A stretch of 64,000 nucleotides of DNA from an uncultured Methanomassiliicoccaceae archaeon (lineage in GTDB: Archaea > Thermoplasmatota > Thermoplasmata > Methanomassiliicoccales > JACIVX01): contig CAZJDY010000020.1 of assembly GCA_964544915.1 (NCBI GenBank), forward strand, positions 69,532 through 133,531, given 5' to 3'. A program made the translations under genes and the position numbers. The notes under the pieces are model-generated. The model searched no databases, was not told where the DNA came from, and worked only from the letters and a program-made list of their open reading frames with translations. Each line of letters begins with the position of its first letter. Position 1 is the first letter of the stretch. Below, one piece after another: positions 17,331-26,486 of this stretch.

Positions 17331-19552
17331 ACGATCTCGGACTGATGATCGACGAGAGCGTCGACGCCCGCATCCTCAAGGCGATACGGGACCTGAAGTC
17401 CGAGGAATTCAAGGAGCATGCAGTCCATCTCCTGGAGAACATGGGGTTGAAGGTCACCGCTGCGGCACTTTCTGACGACGTCGTGTTTGCGGAAGGCGAC
17501 GGAAAGGAGGGTAAGTATCTTGTCATGGTCTCGAGACATCGGGATCACGCTTCAATCGCCGGTCTGAAGTCGATAAGAGAGAAGGCGGTCGCTGAAGCTC
17601 GGCTTCCGGCGCTAATAGTCACCCACGAGCTAGAGAAGGAAGCAATCGATTTCGCCGGGTCCTACGGCATCGCCTTCGCAGACGAATCGAAGTTCCTCGC
17701 CCTCATGAAGCGTTACGACCTGGCGACGCCGCTGCTCAGGGAAGTGGATAAGCGGATCCTTGAGAAGGAAGGCGACAGGTTCCTCCCGTCGATAGGTAAG
17801 CTCGACGACATGATGGAGAGCGCAGATGGCGACATCGAGCACGGCAAGTACAGGGAGGCGCTGGCGAAGCTGGAGAGAGCGTTGCAGGTGAAGCCCACGC
17901 ATTACGTTGCCCTGCAAAAGAAGACTAGCGTGTTGATGGAGCTGGGCGACTACAGGGAAGCTCTTGAGGCATGCAAAAAGGCAACAGAGCTGATGCCGAA
18001 CGACGCGTCTTCGTGGTATCTCATGGGACTGATCCTCCACGAGCTTGGAGATTTGGAAGGGGAGATCGGGTCCTACGATATGGCGCTGAAATTCTCTCCG
18101 CGCATGGCCGTGGCGATGCTGAACAAGGGCGCAACATTTTTCCAACTGGGAAAGCTGGAGGAAGCCCTCAGCGTTTACGAAAGCATGCTGAGGTTCTACC
18201 CCAACAGCCCGAGAGCGCTGAACAATCGCGGCCTGATTCTGAAGGCGATGAAGAAGCCTGAGGAGGCGCTGCAAGCCTTCGACGCTGCGGCCGCGGCCGA
18301 TCCATCCTACGCCGACCCATTGATCAACAAAGGGTCTCTTCTCTCCGAGCTCGGGGATCTGAACGAGGCGATCGAGACTTGGGAGGAGGCCGTCAGGCTC
18401 CAGCGGGGAAGGGCCGATGTATGGATGAAGCTGGGTCTCGCCCATAAGGCTGTGGGCATGTTCGAAGAGGCGGCAAAATCCTTCGCCGTCGCCGCAGTGC
18501 TGGACCCGAGCATGGCGGACGCCTCTGAAGAGAGGGACGAGGCCCTCGCCGCGGCCGGGATGATTGGCAGGCGCGAGGTGAAGAAGGAGACCGGCGACCT
18601 CTGCCGGGAGTACATGGTTTCTTCCCTGCTGCTGAGGGCATCGGGGGAGTCTGAGGGCGCCCTCGGAGAGCTCGGAAAGTGTGTCGACATGGAGCCTGGC
18701 ATCCCCGATGCTTACCTGTATCAGGCCGGGATACTCCTCGAGCTCGGTCGGCTGGAAGAGGCGCTGGTGGCCCTCAAGGAAGGCGTTAGGGAAGAACCCC
18801 GCAACAACGAGCTGCTCCTCGATCTCGAGGCTCTGACCTACCGCATGGGGCGGAATGAGGACTGTCTCAAGCTTCTGGAGGGCGCCCAAGACTCGCTGGA
18901 AGCCGTCGCAAGGCGCGGTCTCCTTCTTCTGAACTTGCATCACACCGAGAAGGCGAGCTCCGTTGCAAGGGACAACAGGGGCGGCCTCCATCAGCTGGAT
19001 GACATTCTAGCGATCGCACTTATCAGTCAGGGGAAGTATAAGGAGGCGGCCGAGACCTTGAGAGAATGTCTCGGCGAATTCGTCGGTTCCCCCGAGCTGC
19101 TGAACAATCTCGGTGTCTGCCTGCGTTTCATGGGGGAGCTTGATGAGGCAGAGAATGTACTGAACGAGGCGGTCCAGATCGCGCCAATCTATGCGGATGC
19201 GTGGAACAACCTCGGATGCGTGCTCTATATCAAAGGAGCTCTCGAGGAAGCCGAAAAGTGCCTGAGCGAGGCGTTGCTGATCGACAGGCGATCGTCGTTC
19301 CTCCTGAACCTCGGCATGTGCCGACTCAGCACGAACGACCTGGACGGCGCACAGGAGTTCTTCACCTCCGCTTTGAGGATCGAGCAGAGCGCCGATGCGC
19401 TTAACGCACTCGGGATAGTCTCGGAAAGGAAGAAGGAAATCGTCAAAGCGCTCGAGTTCTACGAGGCGGCGCTAGAGAAGGCCCCGAACTTCCGGGACGC
19501 GCTCGTGAACAGAGATCGACTGAAGAGCGTCCTCAAGCAAGGCTCGACCTGA
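17327..19552 (+). CDS. TPR-repeat protein with an N-terminal restriction-endonuclease-like (Mrr_cat-like, apparently degenerate) domain
   Basis: 741 aa. The N-terminal 130 aa (FKEHAVHLLENMGLKV..DDVVFAEGDG..KYLVMVSRH..ALIVTHELEKEAIDFAGSYGIAF) follow the Mrr_cat layout but lack the (D/E)xK lysine. The remainder is more than 10 TPR-like 34-aa repeats (A..Y..ALE..P...AL.N.G). Confidence 0.65.
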   Translation: MNDLGLMIDESVDARILKAIRDLKSEEFKEHAVHLLENMGLKVTAAALSDDVVFAEGDGKEGKYLVMVSRHRDHASIAGLKSIREKAVAEARLPALIVTHELEKEAIDFAGSYGIAFADESKFLALMKRYDLATPLLREVDKRILEKEGDRFLPSIGKLDDMMESADGDIEHGKYREALAKLERALQVKPTHYVALQKKTSVLMELGDYREALEACKKATELMPNDASSWYLMGLILHELGDLEGEIGSYDMALKFSPRMAVAMLNKGATFFQLGKLEEALSVYESMLRFYPNSPRALNNRGLILKAMKKPEEALQAFDAAAAADPSYADPLINKGSLLSELGDLNEAIETWEEAVRLQRGRADVWMKLGLAHKAVGMFEEAAKSFAVAAVLDPSMADASEERDEALAAAGMIGRREVKKETGDLCREYMVSSLLLRASGESEGALGELGKCVDMEPGIPDAYLYQAGILLELGRLEEALVALKEGVREEPRNNELLLDLEALTYRMGRNEDCLKLLEGAQDSLEAVARRGLLLLNLHHTEKASSVARDNRGGLHQLDDILAIALISQGKYKEAAETLRECLGEFVGSPELLNNLGVCLRFMGELDEAENVLNEAVQIAPIYADAWNNLGCVLYIKGALEEAEKCLSEALLIDRRSSFLLNLGMCRLSTNDLDGAQEFFTSALRIEQSADALNALGIVSERKKEIVKALEFYEAALEKAPNFRDALVNRDRLKSVLKQGST

Positions 19553-19579
19553 AAGTAGAATTGAAAAGGAAAGGCCAGA

Positions 19580-19828
19580 TCAGGTGATGTTCATCACGAC
19601 TACGTCTCTGACCGCCCGCATCTCGCCGAACGGTAGGATGAGCCTCCCCTGTGCGTCGGTCTTGTAAAGTCTGGATTCGATCTCCTCAGCGGGCACGACC
19701 AAAACGTGTTGAATCTCACCAGTGGTGGTGTCGACAACAAAATTCTCAATCATCCCCAGAATCTGTCCATCGTTCGTCATTACGGTCTTGCCCTTCAACT
19801 CCGTGATGAATTTCCTCATTCCCAGCAC
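19580..19828 (-). CDS. PRC-barrel domain protein
   Basis: 82 aa. LKGKTVMTNDGQILGMIENFVVDTTTGEIQHVLV. GTG start at 19828, alternative ATG at 19819. Confidence 0.6.
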   Translation of the reverse strand: MLGMRKFITELKGKTVMTNDGQILGMIENFVVDTTTGEIQHVLVVPAEEIESRLYKTDAQGRLILPFGEMRAVRDVVVMNIT

Positions 19829-19840
19829 CCGCCCTTCTGA

Positions 19841-19852
19841 TATTGGCCAATA
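19841..19852. promoter_or_regulatory. Perfect 12-bp palindrome TATTGGCCAATA between a TATA-like element and the PRC-barrel gene start
   Basis: Read directly from the sequence. It lies 13 nt upstream of GTG 19828, an operator-like position. Confidence 0.3.
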
Positions 19853-20102
19853 CTAATATTGCGAATAAGGTTGTGCGTATTTAATCCTATTGCCATGCCA
19901 TCTGGATTTGCCCTTTTTGGGACCTCTCCATCTCGGTCCAGGTGATTGCATCCATATGACCTTGCAGATGCTGGACGGATGTACTCTGTAGTGAGTGAAT
20001 GCCAGTTCCGGTGTTGAGGAATCTGGATACTGCGCCGAAAGAATCAAGAGAAAATTCTTATAAAGAGTCATGCGCTAATACCGGTTCCAAGGTAGTATAC
20101 TG

Positions 20103-20708
20103 ATGGTGCGAAACCGTAGACCGCCCCATCACTCGAATGGCAGCGCCTTCGTGAACATTTCTGGCGATTACCGGTACATGAGTGAGGGGCATTACGAGAG
20201 CGTTGAGGCGGAGATACAGGAAATCCCTGTATATCCCCAAGTAAAGGAATCGCTGGACGCCTATGTCGTTCCTCTTTGCATGGAAAGGGCCAAGATGGCC
20301 GGCATCAAGGTTCCCGAGTACTACATCTCGAACGGATACTTCGAGCCTCCGGCCATCGTCTATCCGATAAACCCCTTCATGAGGAAGCACAGCATCGTCT
20401 ACAAAGAGGGGCACGTCAAGACGATTGGCAAGTCGCTGACGAGGAACTACAAGTACCCGATCTGCGTCCAGAAGATCAAGGGAGAGGCTTCGATACGGGA
20501 ATTCAAGTGCATCATGGGAACGAGCTCGACCGAGGAATTCGATCCCATCTCCTCCAAGATCTGGAACCTTTTTCATCTGCCGATATGCAAGGTCAGGGTG
20601 ATTGAGAACGGCGAGACCCTGCTAAGCGCTGTGGAGCCGTTGCCGCTGCACCAGCTCAGACCCAAGGAGCTCAAGCTCCTAAGGAAGGCGAACGAATGGC
20701 AAATATAG
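20103..20708 (+). CDS. RLAN-like protein (RimK-like ATP-grasp N-terminal-associated domain), stand-alone
   Basis: 201 aa. YVVPLCMERAKMAGIKVPEYYI resembles the Y..sLlAEArG..v.P core of RLAN domains. Overlaps the downstream ATP-grasp gene by 13 nt. The start may be ATG 20178. Confidence 0.45.
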   Translation: MVRNRRPPHHSNGSAFVNISGDYRYMSEGHYESVEAEIQEIPVYPQVKESLDAYVVPLCMERAKMAGIKVPEYYISNGYFEPPAIVYPINPFMRKHSIVYKEGHVKTIGKSLTRNYKYPICVQKIKGEASIREFKCIMGTSSTEEFDPISSKIWNLFHLPICKVRVIENGETLLSAVEPLPLHQLRPKELKLLRKANEWQI

Positions 20709-21571
20709 CCTGCTTCGTCGAGCGCTACACCATCAACAAGGCCGAGGAGCTCAACGCCCTCACGAACTTCAAGATCGCGGCCATGAACATGGGACACCAG
20801 TTCGAGTACATGTTCCGGTCGGACATCGGGAAGATACCCGACTTCGATGCGCTCTTCATCCGGTCCACGACGGACCCGATGAACGCATGTTACGTCGCCT
20901 CTAGGATGGCCGAGATGTACGGACTGAGAGTGATAGACGACCCGGACTCGATAATCATCTGCTGCGACAAGATCAACATGTACCTCAGGCTGATGCGTGC
21001 CGGCCTGCCGATCCCCGAAACCAGATTCCTTAGCAAGAGGGATATGGACAGGAAGACCGTGCTGAACCTCTTCGAGGAGCTCGGCTCTCCGATAGTCCTC
21101 AAGGCGCCGTTCAGCAGCTTCTCCGCATACGTCGAGAAAGTGGGCAACATCCACTCGTTCTACGAGACCGCCCGGCGCTACTTCAGGAGGACGAGCGAGA
21201 TCGTCGTGCAGCAGTTCGTGCCGTCCAACTTCGATTGGAGGGTAACGACGCTGAATGGAGAGGTGCTGTTCGTCTGCAAGTACGTCATGCCCCCTCACAG
21301 CTGGAAGATACAGCACAGGGAGAACGGGCACGTGATGTGGGCGAAGATCGAGGCCATGGACCTGAATGATGTGGACCCCAAGCTCATCGAGGTCGGTCTG
21401 GCGGCTTCAAAGGCCGTCGGTGACGGCCTGTACGGAGTGGACATAAAGCAGGTCGATGGACACTATCTTGTCATCGAGGTCAACGACAATCCCAACATCG
21501 ACGCCGGTGGAGAGGACGCGAAGAACCCTGAGGTCTACGAGCGCGTCGTCAGGTACCTGGCCGGTGAATAG
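20696..21571 (+). CDS. RimK-family ATP-grasp ligase
   Basis: 291 aa. VLKAPFSSFS, VVQQFVPSNFDWRVTTLNGEVLF, and GLYGVDIKQVDGHYLVIEVNDNPNID match the ATP-grasp Mg/ATP-binding C-terminal motif. Confidence 0.8.
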   Translation: MANIACFVERYTINKAEELNALTNFKIAAMNMGHQFEYMFRSDIGKIPDFDALFIRSTTDPMNACYVASRMAEMYGLRVIDDPDSIIICCDKINMYLRLMRAGLPIPETRFLSKRDMDRKTVLNLFEELGSPIVLKAPFSSFSAYVEKVGNIHSFYETARRYFRRTSEIVVQQFVPSNFDWRVTTLNGEVLFVCKYVMPPHSWKIQHRENGHVMWAKIEAMDLNDVDPKLIEVGLAASKAVGDGLYGVDIKQVDGHYLVIEVNDNPNIDAGGEDAKNPEVYERVVRYLAGE

Positions 21572-21575
21572 ATTC

Positions 21576-22010
21576 ATGATCAGACCGGCAACCTTGTCGG
21601 ACCTGGATTCGCTCGCGCTTCTTGAGAGACGATCTTTCCCCGAGGATGCCTTCTCCCGCAAAAGGTTGAAGCACCTGATCAGTCGCGCGAAGTCTGTGAC
21701 GTTCGTCTATGATGAGGGTGGGATCCGTGGCTACGTGCTCCTTCTGTTCCGGGACGACACGGACGCAGCTCGCATGTACTCCGTATGCGTGGACAGGCTC
21801 CACAGGAACAAAGGGGTCGGGAAAGCGCTCGTCTGTTCGGCCGAGAAGGTCGCAAAGGAACGGGGATGCGGGCGCATGACCCTCGAGGTGAGGGAGAACA
21901 GCGACGCGGCGGTCCGATTTTATTGCAGACTGGGCTTCTCCTTCGTCGGCAAGCTGACGGATTATTATCATCCGGGCGCGCACGGACTTAGGATGATGAA
22001 ACGCCTCTGA
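21576..22010 (+). CDS. GNAT-family N-acetyltransferase (RimI-like)
   Basis: Start placed at ATG 21576 (MIRPATLSDLD..). Acetyl-CoA motif RNKGVGKALV. An alternative GTG at 21564 overlaps the upstream stop. Confidence 0.8.
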   Translation: MIRPATLSDLDSLALLERRSFPEDAFSRKRLKHLISRAKSVTFVYDEGGIRGYVLLLFRDDTDAARMYSVCVDRLHRNKGVGKALVCSAEKVAKERGCGRMTLEVRENSDAAVRFYCRLGFSFVGKLTDYYHPGAHGLRMMKRL

Positions 22011-22050
22011 TTCCTGGAACTTCATCTAGCAGTCAGGAGATATATGGACA

Positions 22051-24249
22051 CTATCTGTACGATCCCAGCCCTTCCCAACCGGCGCGCGCCTTTTCCAAGA
22101 CCTTGCCGATGTTCTCGTATTGCTTCATAACGTCTTTGTCAACAGAAGGCTTCACAATCTTGAGCGCCGCCTCGAAGTGCCTCGCCCCGACCACCGCCGC
22201 GTTCTTATCCTCTCTGAGGGCGATCATCGCAGCCTCCCTGCAGAGATTCTCGAGGTCCGCGCCGACGAACCCCTCGGTCTTGGACACGAGGTAGTCGAGG
22301 TCCACATCCTTCAACGGCATCGAGCGCATGTGGATCTTCAGAATCGTGCTTCTCGCCGAAGCGTCAGGTATCGGCGTTAGGATGAGCCTGTCGAACCGTC
22401 CCGGTCTCAGAAGCGCTGGGTCCACGATATCCGGTCTGTTCGTTGCTGCGATTACCGTCACCCCATCAAGGCTCTCGAGCCCGTCCATTGAGGTGAGGAG
22501 CTGATTCACCACCCTCTCCGTGACGTTCGTGTCCGACCCGACCCCCCTTCTCGGCGCGATCGCGTCGATCTCGTCAAGGAATACGATCGCCGGAGCGACC
22601 TGTTTCGCCTTCTTGAACATCTGGCGTATCGCCTTCTCGCTCTCCCCGACCCACTTGCTCATGATCTCCGGCCCCTTGATCGAGATGAAGTTCGCCCTGG
22701 ATTCGGTCGCGACCGCCTTGGCGATCAGGGTTTTTCCTGTACCCGGAGGCCCGTAAAGGAGCACGCCCTTCGCGGGCTTGATCCCCAGCCTCTTGAACGA
22801 GTCCTGGTTCTCTATCGGCATCTCGACCATCTCCCTCAGCTGCATCTTCACTTCGTCCAGACCTCCGACTTCCTCCCAAGTGACCCTCGGTATCTCGACC
22901 AGGACCTCCCTCATCGCGCTCGGCTCGACCTCCTTCAAGGCCTCGTCGAAATCGTTGGCTGTGACCCTCACCCTCTCGAGGATCTCGGAGGGAACAGGCT
23001 TGTCCAGATCTAGCTCCGGGACGAGCCGTCCTAGGCACTTCATCGCGGCCTCTCTCGCTAATGCCGCCAGGTCTGCGCCGACGAAGCCGTGCGTGACGTT
23101 CGCGTACTTGTCCAGGTCGACGTCCTCCGCGAGCGGCATGCCTCTCGTGTGGATTTGGATTATCTCCTTCCTGCCATCGCGGGTCGGCACCCCTATCTCG
23201 ATCTCCCTGTCGAACCTTCCCCCCCTCCGCAGGGCGGGATCGATCGAATCCTCCCTGTTGGTGGCCGCAATTACGATGACCTGCCCCCTTCCTCCCAGTC
23301 CGTCCATGAGCGTCAGCAGTTGAGCCACGACCCTTCTTTCGACCTCGCCCTGGACATCCTCCCTCTTCGGAGCGATCGAGTCGAGCTCGTCGATGAAGAG
23401 GATCGACGGGGAGTTCTTCTCGGCCTCCTCGAACTTCTCCCTCAGCTTCTGCTCGCTCTGGCCGTAGTACTTCGACATGATTTCCGGGCCCTGGATCGCA
23501 TAGAAGTTTGCGCCTGCCTCGTTCGCCACCGCCTTGGCGATCAAGGTCTTGCCGGTGCCAGGAGGTCCGTAGAGCAGCACACCTCTCGGCGGATCGATTC
23601 CGAGTCTGTCGAATAGCTCTGGGTGCTTGAGCGGGAGCTCGATCATCTCCCTGACCCTCTGAAGCTCCTCCTCAAGACCTCCAACGTCATCGTAAGTGAT
23701 CGAAGACGCGATCAGCTCCGTCGTCTCCATCGGTTCGGTCTTGACGCTTAGTTCCGTGTGTTCTCCAACGACGACGACGCCATTCGGCACCGTGCTGACG
23801 ACGACGAACGGAAGGAACCCTCCCATGAGCGCGATATTTGGTATGATTATCTCGTCGCCCTTCACGAGAGGTCTGTTGATGAGCCCCTTCCTGAAGAGGT
23901 CCTCGACCCCCTGGCCGAACCTTACTCTCTTGCCCTGCGGGATCTTCGGAGCGACAAGGACCTTCGACGCCGGCTGGGAGTCCGCCTTGGTGACCGTCAC
24001 CTTCTCTCCGATGGAAACGCCGGCATTCGACCTTATCATTCCGTCCATTCGGATGATTCCCTTCCCCTCATCCTCCTGGGCGGCCCTGAAGACCTTCGCG
24101 GCGGTGTTTCTTTTGCCTACGAGCTCTATGACGTCCCCGACCTCGACGCCCAATTCCTTCCTCGTCTTCGAATCGATCCTTGCGCGTCCCAGACCGACCT
24201 CGGACTGGTGATGGGCGCGAGCAACGCGGAGGGTTACTGAGTCCACCAT
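22051..24249 (-). CDS. cdc48: CDC48/VCP-type AAA+ ATPase (N domain plus D1 and D2)
   Basis: Two Walker A motifs (GPPGTGKT twice), two Walker B motifs ([16 protein letters not shown]), and an N-terminal double-psi-barrel pattern [22 protein letters not shown]. Start set at ATG 24249; the track uses GTG 24282. Confidence 0.9.
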   Translation of the reverse strand: MVDSVTLRVARAHHQSEVGLGRARIDSKTRKELGVEVGDVIELVGKRNTAAKVFRAAQEDEGKGIIRMDGMIRSNAGVSIGEKVTVTKADSQPASKVLVAPKIPQGKRVRFGQGVEDLFRKGLINRPLVKGDEIIIPNIALMGGFLPFVVVSTVPNGVVVVGEHTELSVKTEPMETTELIASSITYDDVGGLEEELQRVREMIELPLKHPELFDRLGIDPPRGVLLYGPPGTGKTLIAKAVANEAGANFYAIQGPEIMSKYYGQSEQKLREKFEEAEKNSPSILFIDELDSIAPKREDVQGEVERRVVAQLLTLMDGLGGRGQVIVIAATNREDSIDPALRRGGRFDREIEIGVPTRDGRKEIIQIHTRGMPLAEDVDLDKYANVTHGFVGADLAALAREAAMKCLGRLVPELDLDKPVPSEILERVRVTANDFDEALKEVEPSAMREVLVEIPRVTWEEVGGLDEVKMQLREMVEMPIENQDSFKRLGIKPAKGVLLYGPPGTGKTLIAKAVATESRANFISIKGPEIMSKWVGESEKAIRQMFKKAKQVAPAIVFLDEIDAIAPRRGVGSDTNVTERVVNQLLTSMDGLESLDGVTVIAATNRPDIVDPALLRPGRFDRLILTPIPDASARSTILKIHMRSMPLKDVDLDYLVSKTEGFVGADLENLCREAAMIALREDKNAAVVGARHFEAALKIVKPSVDKDVMKQYENIGKVLEKARAGWEGLGSYR

Positions 24250-24395
24250 CGTCTCCCCATCTGCAAAACGACGAGTTCTCACTTAAACCTTTTCAATTGC
24301 TGGCCTCGTGGGACGCCGGCGATTAGAATTCACCACCGCCATAAGAGCGAGGGTAGGACGAAGGGTTAATCTCTTACGAGTCGTTTGAGCGCCGT

Positions 24396-25262
24396 ATGCA
24401 GATGGAGGCCGACTGCGTCCCATGCCTTCTGGGCAGGGTGCTTTTCGAGACGAATCTGTGCGCCCCAGAGAAGAAGTCCAAGGTGATGAGGGAGTGCATC
24501 AAGGTGCTATCCGAGAAGTACAGTCCCGGCGTGAATTCCGCCGTGACCGCGACCGCGGTGCACCGCAGGGCGTACGACCTGCTCGAGTGCAGGGACCCGT
24601 ACGCCGACCTGAAGAAACGGAGCAATGAGGTCGCCGAGGATATCTTCGGGAAGGCAAAGGATTTCGTCGAGTCCGCGAAGGACCCGCTCGAGGCCGCGTC
24701 GTTGGTGGCGATAGCTGGCAACGTGCTCGACTTCGGCATCGGCTCGGCGCTGGATGATCCGGAGGAGCTCGCGAGCGAGTTCGATTCCCTCGTTGGCCAG
24801 GGGCTCTCGATCAACGATGTTCCCACAATGAGGGAGATACTCGAGAAGGCGGAGAATGTCGTCTACCTCCTCGACAACTGCGGCGAGGTCGTCTTTGACA
24901 AGCTGCTCGTGACGGAATTGAAGTGGTTCGGAGTCAGGGTCGTGGGGGTGGTCAAGGGCGAGCCGATACTCACCGACGCGATCGGGGAGGACGCGCGGTC
25001 TACCGGGATTGATAAGTTGTTCGATGAGGTCCTCACCACGGAATCCTTCGCCGTCGGCATCGATCTGAAGCGTATCGGACAGCGCCTGAAGAAGAAGCTC
25101 AAGGACGCCGATCTCATCGTCTCGAAGGGAATGGCGAATTTCGAATCGTTATCGGACACGGATCTCCGTCCGATCGCCCATCTGCTCAGAGCGAAATGTC
25201 TGCCGGTCGCGAAGGCCATCGGCGCGAAGAAGGAAGACAACGTCGTGAAGGTCTATGAGTGA
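24396..25262 (+). CDS. DUF89 / ARMT1-like damage-control phosphatase family protein
   Basis: 288 aa. N-terminal DCVPCLL and C-terminal KGMANFESL are typical of archaeal DUF89. Confidence 0.7.
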   Translation: MQMEADCVPCLLGRVLFETNLCAPEKKSKVMRECIKVLSEKYSPGVNSAVTATAVHRRAYDLLECRDPYADLKKRSNEVAEDIFGKAKDFVESAKDPLEAASLVAIAGNVLDFGIGSALDDPEELASEFDSLVGQGLSINDVPTMREILEKAENVVYLLDNCGEVVFDKLLVTELKWFGVRVVGVVKGEPILTDAIGEDARSTGIDKLFDEVLTTESFAVGIDLKRIGQRLKKKLKDADLIVSKGMANFESLSDTDLRPIAHLLRAKCLPVAKAIGAKKEDNVVKVYE

Positions 25263-26361
25263 AGAAGGCTTGGACCGAGGGATTGAGGCCATAGACTGGT
25301 TCCGATGCAGACTGTATCGCAAGGAGCGATTCGTTATCGCGACAGGAGTATCGAAGGAGACAACGAACGTCCTGGTGCGGGTCCGAAGCGACAACCTAGA
25401 AGGGTGGGGGGCCGCCGCCCCGAACACCGTCACCGGAGAGACCTCCGAATCGATTGAGCGCTTCCTTTCTAAGGCGAGGGCGCGTCTTATCGGGTTCGAC
25501 CCCCGTGACATTCCGACGGTCCATATTCTGATGGAAGCACTGGCTCGTGCGAATCCTGCGGCAATGGCTGGCGTGGACCTTGCGGTTCACGATATGGTCG
25601 GGAAGATGTACGATGCTCCGGTCTGCGAGCTCTTGGGCCGACAGAAGGAGAGCATCGAGACGTCGATGACGATCGGCATTGCAGACTACGAATCGACGAT
25701 CAGGCGGGTCAGGAGTAGCGTTGAGTCTGGGTTCAAGGTGCTGAAGCTGAAGGTCGGATTGGATGTCGAGGAGGATATCCGGAGGATAAGAGGGATCAGG
25801 GAAGTCGTAGGCGAGAATGTAAGGTTGAGGATCGATTGCAATCAAGGGTATTCCCTCTCAATGGCGAAGCGGGTAGTGAAGGAACTCGAACCGCTTTCCA
25901 TCGAGTTCATCGAGCAGCCTGTCCTCGCTCAGGACTGGGAAGGACTAAGGGAGTTGACGGTCGCGTCATCCATTCCGATCATGGCGGACGAAGCAGTGAA
26001 GACGCCCGAGGACGCCCAAAGGCTTGTGAACGGCGGGTACGCCGACATGCTGAACCTGAAGCTGATGAAGTGCGGTGGTATCTATCCAGCTGTCAGAATC
26101 GCGAAGATATGCGAGGAAGGAGGCGTGCGGATCATGGTCGGTTGCATGGCCGAATGCCAAGCGGCAATAGCTGGCGGACTGCATTTCGCGCTCTCGCAGA
26201 AGATCGTCGATCATGCGGATCTGGACTCCCATTTCTCCTTCCTGAACGATCCGACGAAAGCCCTTGTTTGTGTCGATGGAAAGCTATCCCCGCGAGAATG
26301 TTCGGGCCTGGGCACGAGCGTGGATCTGGTGGCATTGCTCCTTCCTTTCCCTTGGCCGTGA
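25255..26361 (+). CDS. Enolase-superfamily enzyme, dipeptide (L-Ala-D/L-Glu) epimerase-like
   Basis: KLKVG (KxK), RIDCNQGY, FIEQP, MADE and LKLMKCGG motifs of the MR/MLE subgroup. Confidence 0.8.
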   Translation: MSEEGLDRGIEAIDWFRCRLYRKERFVIATGVSKETTNVLVRVRSDNLEGWGAAAPNTVTGETSESIERFLSKARARLIGFDPRDIPTVHILMEALARANPAAMAGVDLAVHDMVGKMYDAPVCELLGRQKESIETSMTIGIADYESTIRRVRSSVESGFKVLKLKVGLDVEEDIRRIRGIREVVGENVRLRIDCNQGYSLSMAKRVVKELEPLSIEFIEQPVLAQDWEGLRELTVASSIPIMADEAVKTPEDAQRLVNGGYADMLNLKLMKCGGIYPAVRIAKICEEGGVRIMVGCMAECQAAIAGGLHFALSQKIVDHADLDSHFSFLNDPTKALVCVDGKLSPRECSGLGTSVDLVALLLPFPWP

Positions 26362-26486
26362 TCTCGTCGTTCGGAAACGCTAATAGTCGCAAATAGACAT
26401 AATAGTCGGTTCAATCGTAATGGATATGGAGCGAATGATATCGATTCATCTCGGAAGTGAGTTTCAGCGTCAAGGAGGCGCCTACT

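Noticed and set aside
17630-18991. A 453-aa ORF antisense to the TPR gene. Similar long shadow ORFs occur elsewhere, e.g. 9010..9720(-), 9489..10151(-), 20573..21331(-), 10148..10693(-), 55978..56577(-), 57576..58193(-) and 51539..52201(-).
   Set aside because: They lie fully inside, and antisense or out of frame to, genes with clear family motifs. Their translations are Arg/Pro/Gly-rich and low-complexity, typical of high-GC shadow frames.
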